A DNA stretch of 62,591 bases, counting the filler, from Sphacelaria rigidula (Eukaryota): assembly GCA_964200075.2 (NCBI GenBank). It is 6 parts of 6 records of this genome, joined end to end, with 100 filler letters (N's around TTAATTAATTAA, not from the genome) between each part and the next. Parts side by side here need not be neighbours in the genome. Positions count along the whole stretch, not along the records: positions 10,453 to 20,803 come from CAXNAA020006678.1; positions 20,904 to 31,252 come from CAXNAA020006679.1; 4 more parts are not named here. The stretch is one strand, 5' to 3'. Shown piece after piece: positions 10,741-21,959 of this stretch. The notes beneath the pieces were generated by a model that made no database searches, was not told the origin of the DNA, and was given only the letters and a program-made list of their open reading frames with translations. Position numbers and translations under genes: made by a program. Numbering within the stretch: the first letter of the stretch is position 1; each line of letters begins with the position of its first letter.

Positions 10741-13700
10741 GGCTGTCCTCAGAATACGAGATACAGCGTGGCATTCTCCTCGCTATGCCAGAGATAAATA
10801 CAGAAACCCTACACCATACAGTAAAGACTGCGCATACCGAATTAGAACCATCAAGAAGTAGGGTCGACTCGCCCAATAACCATGCTTTCTCTGCCATAGG
10901 TCATGATGCCTCTAACAGTGACGTATCGGCTAGACGACGCGGAGGCCGGGGGGGCAAGCGAAACTACTACTGCCGGGAGTGCGGCTCTGATCGCAGGGGG
11001 AATTCTACCTCACACGAGCACCCTAACCATGAACGATCACCGAGATTCGATTCTTGATCACATTTCCTATCTCCACATGAGCCTCACAACAACCACCCCA
11101 ATCCAACCCCCCAACCCCCATCATGCAATGTTCGCGATTGCAATATATGCCATGATTGAGGTGTTGATTACCATACACGAGGCGACGGGCGGAGTCATGT
11201 TAATCGCAGACAAGGGAATCGATATCCTAACCCGGAACAGCGTGCCCCGCATCACGAGAGAAACCACCCCCCATGTAACCACTACCCCAACACCTATACC
11301 CACACCAACAGCTCCCATCACACCAACAACTCCGATCACGCCAACAATTCCCATCACACAAACAACCCACACCACTTCAGCGACTTCCGCCGTTCGAGGG
11401 ACTCTCACCCGCGTGCAAACTTTGTGCAATAGAGTGAGCCCCCGACTACTGACGAAGACTTCACCCCACCCGGTAGGGACGGTTTCGAAGGTGCTGGATA
11501 TGCCCATTGCGTGCAGAGTCATGAGGCATCGTCACACCAAACACTGTCCCATATCAGCAGCAGCACCAGCCTACTGCATACCACGCACCACCATACCCTC
11601 ACCGCCCCCCACAGCAACCTTCACAACAATATCATCATTCCCCACCAACAGACCACTACCTACAGCCACCTTCGCAACAGTGCCAACAATCGTGCCAGCA
11701 GCATCACTCTTACTACTATACTTACCCGGAATACAACCCTCATCACCAACAATACCAAACCGTAACCCCACCTCACGACCAACAACAGCAGCATTAGCAG
11801 CCGGCAGCCCCCCCAGCTACACCTGCTCGGCCTGCCGATACGTTCACCTCGGAGCATCCACGACTATATATGACATTTTTCATGAAAAAGGCGAGTCTCG
11901 GTTACGGCTTGGTGATGTTGATTTGCAGGGGTATGCTATGATGAAACGTGGGGAGGTGTCGGAGAGAGGTGATGATTTGGAAGAGTGGATATATAACTGA
12001 CATCGGGGCCTCGCACCATACTACTGGAAGTATGGAGGGGCTGTTTGATGTGCGAGTTCCCCCTCATGGTAATGAGAATGTGATCCTAGGAGATGGTACG
12101 GTACTCCCAGTGAGAGCGTCAGATTTTACATGGGACTGACTGACGGGGCTGAGCGCACTAGTTTTTGTGTGAAGCTCACTTACGTGTATGTGCTTGGTGG
12201 TATTAAGTTCAACCTCTTCTCTCTATATCAGGCACAGTACAAACAGGATATTACTTTGACAAGAGCAGGCATATCGTTGTTTAATGGGCAATGCTTCGAT
12301 CGTAATTCGCGTTCATCTTCTCAACTCGCGGAACGTTTGTCGCCCTCATCGGATGATGCTTCGATTGCAGTCCCGCCATGGGGGAACATTCTACGAGTAT
12401 TGGTTGAGATTGCTAGATCTGACAATATAGGGGAGTTTTTCGGGGGGAGTTTGCATCCGTGTGCAATGAGCTTTTGACCAAACGAGAGTTCACTCCGGCT
12501 CACAGTCCCCAATATAACGGTGTTGCAGAGAGTGGATTAGGGTTTATTGAGGAGGCCGCTATGGCGGCTCGTATTCAGGCGAAAGTTCTGTTTGGGCAAA
12601 TGCAGTTACCTAAGACTGACAGACTCTGGGCTGAGGCGATGCATTACGCTTGCGAGGCACTGAACCACACAGCGTGCTCTGCTAACCCTGACTCTAAGTC
12701 GCCGTATGAGATGTGGTATGGCGAACCTCGTCCTGCCAGACCGTATCCGTTTTCGAAGCCGGCTTACTGCAGGTGGAAGCGATCGTCTAAGCTGCTACCG
12801 AAAGGTGAGAGTTGCTTTATGTCGGTCCTTACAGAGACCACCCGCGTGATTGTCATAGAGTACTTACGAGGGCTAGGACTATTCGGGAAACGAGAGATAT
12901 GACGTGGGAGGCGTTGCCGTCACAGCTCCCTCCACCGCAACCTCCTCTGCCGATTGAGATCGCGGAAGAGGAAGGGGAGAAAAGTGACGACGATGTAGAA
13001 GCTGAAATATGGCCGCTTGCAGGAAGGGGAATTCAACACATTCGTATTCATGTGAATCGCGATGCAGTGTTACCCTACGGTGCAGGAATCGATGAGATTG
13101 ACAGAGTTAATGCAGGCAGTGTAGGCCAGTCCCCTTCTGTTCCATCTTCCCCCTCTGTACCGTCTTCGCCCGTGAACAACTCCTCTAGTGTAACGGCTCC
13201 CTCTGTGTCTTCTCCAGCACTTGAGATAGACGGGGGGGGGCAGGGACCGCTGGTGACAGGGGAAGTAGAGACGGCGGATCCGGGAGGGGATGATGAGGTA
13301 AAGTTGATTAGGCCGGGAGGGCATGGTGATGTAGAGTCGATTGGGCCGGGAGAGCAGGAAGTAGAGGCGGAGGCACCTCCTCCAGCCGCTCGTCGTCCGA
13401 GGCATGTCGCTGAGCTTGCTACTTTTAATACTGATGCGCGTGAGAATGATGAAGTAAGAGAAGGTAGAACTTGTGCGCAAACTCGTGCAATAAATCAGCA
13501 GAGCGTGTCTGGCCTTGTGGCCACCCTAGGGCCCATCTCCGCATCAGAGATAATGTATGCACTCTTAGCGGAACAGAGAGCAGGGGACGCCGTGAAATTG
13601 CCGAAAGAACTCGTTCAGGATGTTGAGTCAGAACCTGGTAGCTATCAAGAAGCCCGGCAATCTTAACGCTCTGTCTGACCCCTGTGTCCTGCGTTTCATG

Positions 13701-14657
13701 CTGGGACACGCGGTGATGGGTATGGTCGCAATTCACGTGGATGGCATTCTGTATGTATGCAGGAACTAAGAGTCTTGCCAAGGTGGTTGTGGAAGCGCGA
13801 GGTGACTCTCTACCTACGAAGAATTTGGGTGAGGTCAAGTCCTTTCTTGGTTGCACATTTATTCGCAATCGCGAGGCTGGCACGATTGAGATTTCTCAAG
13901 AGAGTTACGTCAGGAGTGTTCTCGAGAGAGACAATATTTGTCGCACCAGCTCGATCCCTGCTTTCCTTGCCAACGACAACAACAGGTCCGTGATGGAGGA
14001 TGAGGGGGCAGGAGATGTGCCGTTCCGAGAGGTGATGGGGAGCCTGATGTGGATCGCCAACCAGACAAGGCCCGACGTCTCGAATGCTGTGCGGGCGGTG
14101 GTGAGGCACTCTCATGAGCCAAAGAATAGCCACTGGAAGGCAGCCCAGAAGATTCTGCATTATCTTCTGGAAACCGCACATTTAACTTTGAAGTTCAAGC
14201 AGGACAGTACGGTAGATGTAGGCACGTTGGTGTACGTAGATGACAACTTTGTAAGCAAGGCCACTGACCGTAGATCAGTTTCGGGAGCGTTGATTTTTGT
14301 GGCTGCCATTCTTGTAGTTTGGAGTTTTAGGGCGCAGAAATGCGTTTCAAAGTCGACTTCTGAAGCAGAGTACCTTGCGATGGGCGATGGTGTGAAGGAG
14401 GCGTTGTTTGTGAACGAAATGCTTCAGTCCTTGAGACCTAGTGTGAAGCCTCGTAAGATTAAGGTACTTGAGGACAACGAGGGTGCGATTCGCTTGCGGA
14501 GAATCCGCTTAGCTCGTGCGGGAGTAAGCACATTGACGTGAGACATCACTTTCTTAGGAATTTGACCGAAGAGGGTGTGATCGAAATCACGCATGTTCCC
14601 AGCGAAGAACAGCATCCGGATATCCTCACGAAGGCTATGCCGAGAGATCGTTTTGAA

Positions 14658-14798
14658 GAGTCATCCTACGATAAGGGGGGGTATTTGGTTGCACGAAAAA
14701 AGAGGCTCATAAGTGTGTCAGACATCCNNNNNNNNNNACTCGAAATTTCGAGCAACAAATGGCCCAAAATACCCCCACCCCTATCTTAGGATGACTCG
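14658..14798. mobile_element. TIR element (GAGTCATCC..GGATGACTC) inserted at the end of copia RNase H, with an internal assembly gap
   Basis: Inverted ends gagtcatcctacgataagggggg / ccctatcttaggatgactc. The same end occurs at 62530-62591. Confidence 0.7.
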
Positions 14799-14913
14799 GA
14801 AGTTCTCCGTGATTTTGCCCTTGGCTCGAGAAATGAGAAGTAGAAGTCTGCGTCGTGATTTGTTTTCTTTAATGCACATTTGGTCTGGTAGATACAGCAG
14901 CCCCAAGGGAGGG

Positions 14914-15314
14914 TGTTCGTGATAGCGACTGTAATATCGACTGATTTGCGTAGAGCATTTAATTGGGCGATTTGAATAACGGAACTGTCGATCTATAAGT
15001 TGCTGAGCTTCCACATAAGTGAGAATTGCGAGGAACGTTTGCGGTCTTTTCTGTAGCTTATGTAGGAGTACTCTTTGTGGATACTACATTAGTCCGAGCA
15101 TGGTATTTGTGGTGCGGGGAACAAACCGAGGTTTTGTGGTATGTGAGGACGTGCATTGGTCCGAGTTCCGTTGCTGGAATTATGTGATTTCTAGAGTTTC
15201 TGGGGTGTAGATGACGCGAGCTCGCCTACCATGCTCACTCCACTTTCCCGCTCTCCGGACCAAGGTCTCAATAACACAAGATCTTTTTCTCCGGAAGTCA
15301 CGAGTTTACCAACA
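14914..15314 (+). repeat. Putative 3' LTR of the copia element
   Basis: Polypurine tract AAGGGAGGG (14905-14913) is directly followed by TGTTCGTGA. The segment ends in TTACCAACA, an imperfect terminal inverted repeat. The 5' LTR is not in the contig for comparison. Confidence 0.65.
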
Positions 15315-15324
15315 AGATCTCAAC

Positions 15325-17435
15325 TCTACCTCAGCGAAGCATATTCCGGTTGAGTGAGTTATAAACTATTTCTCAGCTTCTCATTCCGGTCGGGTGAGTT
15401 GTACACTACAACTTAGCGGTGCACGTTCCGGCTGGGTATCAGACTATACGTCAGCGGTGCACACTCTGGCTGCGTGAGTTACAAACAATAACTCAGCGAT
15501 GCGAAATTTGGGCCAGTGAACTTTGAACTACAACCCAGCGGTGCACATTCCGGCCGGGTGGGTTATAAACTATAGCTCAGTAGTGCATACTCTGGCTGTG
15601 AAGGTTCTGAAATCCACCCCAACGATGCAAATTTGGCTGAGTGAGTTATGAGCTATAACTCAGCGATGCGAATGTTGGTCAAGTGAGTTTTAAACCATCA
15701 CTCAGCTCCCTATTCCTGCCGGGTAAGTTGTACACTGTAACCCAGCAGTGCACACTCCGGCTGGGCGACACACTCTGACTGCGTGAGTGATCAACGATGA
15801 CGTAGTGATGCGAATTCCGGCCAAGTGAGCTATAAACTGCAACTCAGCGGTGCACATTCCGCCCGGAGTAACTCAGCGGTGTACACCCTGGCTTCGTGAG
15901 TTGTTAACGATAACTCAGCAACACAAAATCTGACCAGGTGAGGTATGAACTACAACCCAGCGGTGCACATTCCGGCCGGGTGAGGTATGAACTACAACTC
16001 AGCGGTACAAATCCTGGCTGTTTGGGGAATAATCTTCGACTCAGCGGTGCACATTCCGGCCGGGGGGGTTATGAACTATACCTCAGCGGTGCACTCTCTG
16101 GCTGAGTGAGATTAAAACTCTAACTCAGCGATGCAAATTCTGGCTGAGTGAAGTATGAACTATTCCTCAGCTTCCCAATTCGGCCGGGTGAGTTATGGAC
16201 AACAAGTCAGCAGTGCACATTCTGGCTGGGTGAGTCATGTACCATAAATCAGAAATAAATGTCCATTCTCGCCAGGTGAGTTACAATATAAACTTCAACA
16301 GCGATGCAAAATCTGGCCAGGTGATGATACAGTATCACTTAGGGGTGTACATTACGGCCGGGGGGGTTATGAACTATACCTCAGCGGTGCACACTCTGGC
16401 TGAGTGCGATCTCAACTCTAACTCAGTGATGCAAATTCTTGCTGAGTGAGTAAAAAACTATCACTCAGCCTCCCACTCCGGCCGTGTGAGTGATAAACTA
16501 CAACTCCGCGGTGCACATTCCGGCTGGGTGAGTTATACATGGCAACTCAGAGATGCCCATTCTCGCCAGATGAGTTATAAACTCTAAGCCAGCTATGCAA
16601 ACTCTGGCCAGGTGAATTATATCCTACAACTCAGCGGTGCAGACTCCGGCCGGGTGAGTCATAAGCTATACCTCAGCGGTGCCTAATATGGCTGAGAGCA
16701 ATGCCACGGTAGGGGTGCACTTTTTTCGCAAATTTTGTCTGGTTCAGGGGCTCCGAACGATTCTAGACGCACAAGAATATGGATCAGAGCATCTCCGTTT
16801 GCAGATTCATCGGGGATATCCCCAGCACATTGGGATAGTTATCCTGGCGTACTTTCACATATTTTCAATGGTCGTGTTTTGGATGAGATGAAGGGCTCCT
16901 AAAAATTCTAGCCTCAGACATTATTTGTGTACCCCTACCGTAGCATCACTCCTGAGTGAGTCACGAACTATAACTCACCGATGCAAAATCTGGCCAGGTG
17001 AGGTATAAACTACTACTCAGCGGTGTACATTCCGGTCGGGTAAGAGGTTTGGACTATTACTCAGCGATGCTCACTCTAGCTGGGTCAGCTCAGAACTATA
17101 GTTCAGCAATGCAAAATGTGGTCAGGTGATATTACAGTTTCACTTAGCGGTGCACATTCTAGCTAGGTGAGTTATAAACTAAAACTCCGTGATGCAACAT
17201 TTCGCCACGTGAGGTACAAACTACAGCCCAGCGGTGCACATTCCGGCCGAGTATGTTGTGCATGATAACTCTGCGATGCACACTCTGGCTGGGTGAGTTT
17301 TACACTATGCCCGAGCAATATAAAATCTGGCCGGGTGAGTTATAGACTAAATCGCTGCGGTGCACGTTCCGGCTGGGTGAGGTATGAGCTATAGGCCAGC
17401 GGTGCCCATTTTTGCTGGGTGGGCTATAACCTATA
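15325..17435 (+). repeat. 42-bp satellite array, forward block
   Basis: Consensus approximately CAGCGGTGCACATTCCGGCCGGGTGAGTTATAAACTACAACT (unit starts at 15536, 15578, ...). Interrupted by a MITE at about 16697-16950. Confidence 0.95.
16697..16950. mobile_element. ~255-bp MITE family (AGCAATGCTACGGTAGGGGTGCAC TIR)
   Basis: Inverted ends agcaatgccacggtaggggtgcac / gtacccctaccgtagcatcact. Related copies at about 22721-22976, 26090-26270 (reverse, partial), 27380-27642 and 49518 (end only). Confidence 0.85.
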
Positions 17436-19155
17436 ATAGTTTATAACTCACCTGGCGAGAATGGGCATTTCTGAGTTATGTTTATAGCTCACCCAGCCGG
17501 AATGTGCACCGCTGAGTTGTAGTTTATAATTCACCCGACCGGAATGGGAAGCTGAGTAATAGTTTTGAGCTCACCCAGCCAGAGTGTGCCACTGAGGTAG
17601 AGTCTATTACTTACCCGGCGGGAATGTGCGCGACGGAGTGGTAGTTTGTAACTTATCTGCCCAGATTTCGCATCGCTGAGTTTTAGTTCAGAACTCACTC
17701 AGCCATTATGGGCACCACTGAGTTGTAGCGTTTTACCCACTCGGCAGGAATCTGCACCGCTGAGTTTTAGGCTTTAACTTACCTGACCAGATTTTCCATG
17801 GTTGAGCTTTAGTTTAGGCAGACTGCATTTGGAGCGGGACAGATTCGATTGGTAACTTACCAGTCAGATCGCTCCATTTCGCTTGGGAATCGCCAAGGGA
17901 GTACTGTAAAACCAAGTGTTCGGGCGATCTAACTCGTAGCGCGTTTCAGCCCAATATAGTATCATGGATACACAGTATCGTACACCGAACACAATACAGT
18001 AGTACAGTACAGTATAGTAGAGGCGCCCAACGCACGGCAACAGCAAGAGTGTGGCAGCAACGGACAATCTCGTCTTACCGAAGACGAAATAGACAACACA
18101 CCCATGAAGCTTTCAACAGTGTGCAGCCAGCACTGCGTGCCGACTACTGTATCATTGTTTTCTGCAGAGATGAACACAACGACAATATTGCTGCCCATGC
18201 AATCCAAAACGTGTTTGGAATTCGTAAACATACCACAACAGAACGGGCAGCGGAAGCCTCGACACATGAGAGAGGGCTCGAGTATTTTCGCTGCAGTACA
18301 GTCGTGAAACGGGACATGTCTCATGTTTCAGTCCTCCGTCTGATTGTGGAGAGGTCTTCAATTTTGGGCCAGTGCCGAGGTTGAACACTCGGCCATAGTC
18401 CCGCTTCTTTCAATTCACTTTGAGTTACCCTTATCTGTGTGTGTGGGAGGTTTGGCTTGAGATGCGGGCTTCGCCGGCTGATATCATTGGGCAGATTCTG
18501 TCCCGGTACATCATCAGTTTGCCATAGTTTATAACTCACCCAGCCAAATCTTTTTGTTTGTTTGTTATGGTTTATAACTCACCTGGCCGGAATGAGCACC
18601 GCTGAGTTGTAGTTCATAACTCACACGGCCGGAAAAGGCACCGCTGAGCAATAGTTTATAACTCACTCGGCCGAAATGGGCCCCGCTGAGTAATAGCTTA
18701 TATCGCACCCAGTCAGAGCGTGCACTGCTGAGGTATAGTCCATAAGTCACCCGGCCGGTATGTGCACCGCTGAGGTGTAGTTTATCACTGACTTGGCCAA
18801 ATTTTGCATCGCTGTGTTATCGTTGAAAACTCACCCAGCCAGAGTGTGCACCGCTGAGTTACAGTTTATGACTCACCCGGCCGGAATGTGCACCGCTCAG
18901 TTGTAGTTGACAACTCACTTGGCCAGATTTTGCATCGCTGTGTTATCGTTAAAAACTCAACCAGCCAGAGTGTGCACTGCTGAGGTACAATCTATAACCC
19001 ACTCGGCCGGAATGTGCACCGCCCAGTTGTAATTGTTTCACTAAATTTTGCATCACCGAGCGATAAAAAGTAATAACTCATCAAGCCAGAGTGTGCACCG
19101 CTGCGTTAAAGTCTATAACGTACCCGGCTCGAATGTGCACCGCTGAGTAGTAGTT
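17436..19155 (-). repeat. 42-bp satellite array, reverse block (interrupted about 17816-18525)
   Basis: Reverse-complement units such as actcacccggccggaatgtgcaccgctgagttgtagtttata. Confidence 0.93.
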
Positions 19156-19159
19156 GGTG

Positions 19160-19968
19160 TGATGGTAAATGACTGAGTGCCTGAATTAAACTAGCTCTTT
19201 GGGATTGCAGATGATCCCCAGAAACGACCGGCGGGTATGAACCCAAGATTCCAGTCGAATGTTTGCTTGTGTATGATACGAATTGCATTGTTGAAGCGTT
19301 GATCCAGCCCCATGAGTCGGACGAGGACTGTACCCGATTAGCCGCGTGTACCTGCTGCTACTACAGCTTTGATTGGCTTAAGGTACAGTGCGTCACGCTG
19401 ATTGGTATTTATATGACAAGATTGTATGCGTAGCTAGGAGCTTTTGAGGGTAATTGTGAGCAGCATCGCCCACGAATTCACTTGCGATCCACCTGCCAGA
19501 GAAAGGCTTACCGTAGAAACTAATCACAAGAAGGACCACCAGCTTTCATCTGCTCTACGCAACTTCTCACTCTCAGGCCGGCAAGCCGTGGCAAGCTAAC
19601 ACGAGTGAGTCACATATAACGTAATCCCTCGCTTCTCTTTGTCCATCTATTGCACACAAGAGTTTGTGGTCTGGTCTGCAGCCCAATACAACTGGCTTGT
19701 ACGTTGGGAGAGAATCCTCAGCTTTGATAAAACGAGTTGATCACAGGACGGGCTTGCCACAATCTCGTCCTCCCTGGGGTGTGGCTCCCTCTGCTAACGA
19801 ATACTTCGACATTCATGGGACTTCAGAGGTAGCTTGTTACCTTAAGCTGTTCGGTTTCTCTCTCGCCATCTGCTGTTCACGCATCAGCCAACCACAAGCT
19901 TTCGTTTGTTTTTTCAAGTCCTATATTTTCGGTCTTTGATTTTCACTTGATTTTGTGTACACCGTTCA
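19160..19968 (+). mobile_element. Putative LTR of a second retrotransposon, followed by a PBS-like site
   Basis: Starts abruptly at the satellite edge with TGATGGT and ends ACCGTTCA, followed by TCGGGTGATCAGC. Contains a TATA-like tract and a pyrimidine-rich 3' part. No partner LTR or coding domains were seen. Confidence 0.4.
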
Positions 19969-20280
19969 TCGGGTGATCAGCTGACTTGTTTTCAAAAGGC
20001 AGCTGCCTCCTTTTCTGCTTCGAGTTGACGAATCCTCCGACTCGGGTCCAGCTTAAGGTCTTCGATATGTCATACAGTACCCACGTTGGGTTCACGCACT
20101 GGCGACCGAACCACAAGGCGCTTCAGATACGAGCGCACACGCAAGACCTCGTTTGGTACACAACCAAACACCCCCCAAACGACCGCCCGTGCTCACAGGT
20201 CGTCGATACTGTATCAACCGAATCGACCGACATGTGTCCCAACGCACGCCGATTCATGCTTGCGGGTAAGGAGTACGTGG

Positions 20281-20497
20281 GCTATTTCAATCGCCGCCCG
20301 CTGCGCAGACGATTTTTCTTCCAAACAAGGAACGTTGATCCACCATGCGCACCGAATTATATCGACGCGACATGATGGACTAGGACTGCGCTATTTCAAT
20401 CGCCGCCCGCTGCGCAGACGATTTTTCTTCCAAACACGGAACGTTGGTCCACCATGCGCACCGAATTATATCGATACGACATGATGGACTAAGACTG
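20281..20497. repeat. Tandem duplication of a 109-bp unit
   Basis: gctatttcaatcgccgcccgctgcgcagacg... occurs at 20281 and 20390, nearly identical. Confidence 0.9.
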
Positions 20498-21959
20498 AAG
20501 ATGTTGCATGTACACGAGCATGATTGAACACGGCGAGGCGCGAGGCTCATGTTTCTTGTACACAAGCTCTCGACTCTGTACTATTTTCCCTTTTACACGG
20601 CACCGGGGCACACTAAAGATTGATTGGCGCCCCACCAACACGCACTACAGTACATACTTGATCGTCCAGAAGGCCGCGTACCTTTCGCGTTGAAATATTG
20701 TTCCGAATTGAAGTACTGACCACAGTACAGTGTCATGCGTGAGAGGACCGCGTGCTTAGAGGACCGCGCCGTAGTTCAAAACACCTCAGGATCGACGTTT
20801 TTCNNNNNNNNNNNNNNNNNNNNNNNNNNNNNNNNNNNNNNNNNNNNTTAATTAATTAANNNNNNNNNNNNNNNNNNNNNNNNNNNNNNNNNNNNNNNNN
20901 NNNCCCCCCCTGCGCCCGCGCTCAATCGTGGGTGAGGCTGGTGGGGTTGTGTGGGCGGCGTGCAGGGGGGGGGGGGGGGGGGGGGGGGCGTACTCATTTG
21001 TTGCTCGCCATTGTATGTGAATGAAGCAACATTAGCCACAACATCACAGCGCGGAGAAGAAGAAAAAAAACGTGCAGCTGTGGTACGGCACACGTGTATC
21101 ATCACTTACTCGTAGTTTTAGCGCCTGCGAAGGCACTTCCGCAGGCTCCGCAGCATCCTGCGCCACTCCGGTGGCAGTCCGGCCTTCCACCACGTTCACG
21201 ACTGTAGTCGCGACTTGCCCATGTTCTTCACACGGAGGAGCACTTGGTTCCTCTGGTTGCAGGCGGTGCTTGGGGGACGGCGAACGCACCACCCTGTCCC
21301 TGCGTGGCGAACGCGATCTTTTTGCCTTCCGCCTCATGAACTCGGCGAATTTCATGCCCACGGTACTTTCAACACTTATCTTCGCGGGGACTCCTTGGTT
21401 ACCGTATTGGTCAATGAACGCCCTCCCGAAGCCGGCGGTGGCTCTGTTGGCGTGCATTCTACGCGTCGTATGCTGCAGCGTCTCGACATGTTGATTCATA
21501 CGCGCTGTTTCCGTCATGGAGGTTGTCATGGATGCCGGCTGGGAATTGCTCAGAAATATAGGCCGTCAATCGATACGCCGCCTGCATGAAAAGAAGGCAT
21601 ATCGTATATTGATGAGAACCAGCGTGATGACAAAGGTGAGGATCTAACCTATAGTACTCCCACGTGCGCGGAAAATAGTAGGCTAGGCGCGTTAGAGGTG
21701 AGGCTGGCTGCAAAAAGAAATGCAAAATCAGGCTCGCTTTCCAGGCTCCAAAAGAGTGAAGCGGCAAAATCCGACCTTACAAAAATGTTGGCCAGAAAAG
21801 ATGATATTTCATCGTTCGACACTATGTTCATTACAAGTGTTTACGAACATCCATCGACACTTCCCTTGCGTTGTTCTCGAAGGAGCATCAATCATGAGGA
21901 TGTGCAGTTTCTCCTCCTGGATTGGATCAACAGTTCATCACAAAACATTCATAGCTTCA

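Larger units (their letters stand above)
10741..15314 (+). mobile_element. Degenerate Ty1/copia LTR retrotransposon (gag-PR-IN-RT-RNaseH remnants, PPT, 3' LTR)
   Basis: Copia domain order: Cys motif and low-complexity gag (~10900-11850), protease EEWI..DIGASHHTTG (~11980-12030), integrase HSPQYNGVAE and LWAEAMHYA (12490-12900), RT end KSFLGCTF..ISQESY..FREVMGSLMWIANQTRPD, and RNase H YVD..DRRSVSG..STSEAEY..HIDVRHHFLR. Multiple stops, frameshifts and deletions. Confidence 0.93.

Noticed and set aside
10903..12000. 365-aa Thr/Pro-rich ORF as a mucin-like gene
   Set aside because: It is a frame through the low-complexity gag region of the decayed copia element and runs into the protease motif.
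15325..19155. Regularly spaced repeats resembling a CRISPR array
   Set aside because: Contiguous diverged tandem monomers with no unique spacers, no cas genes and a eukaryotic context.
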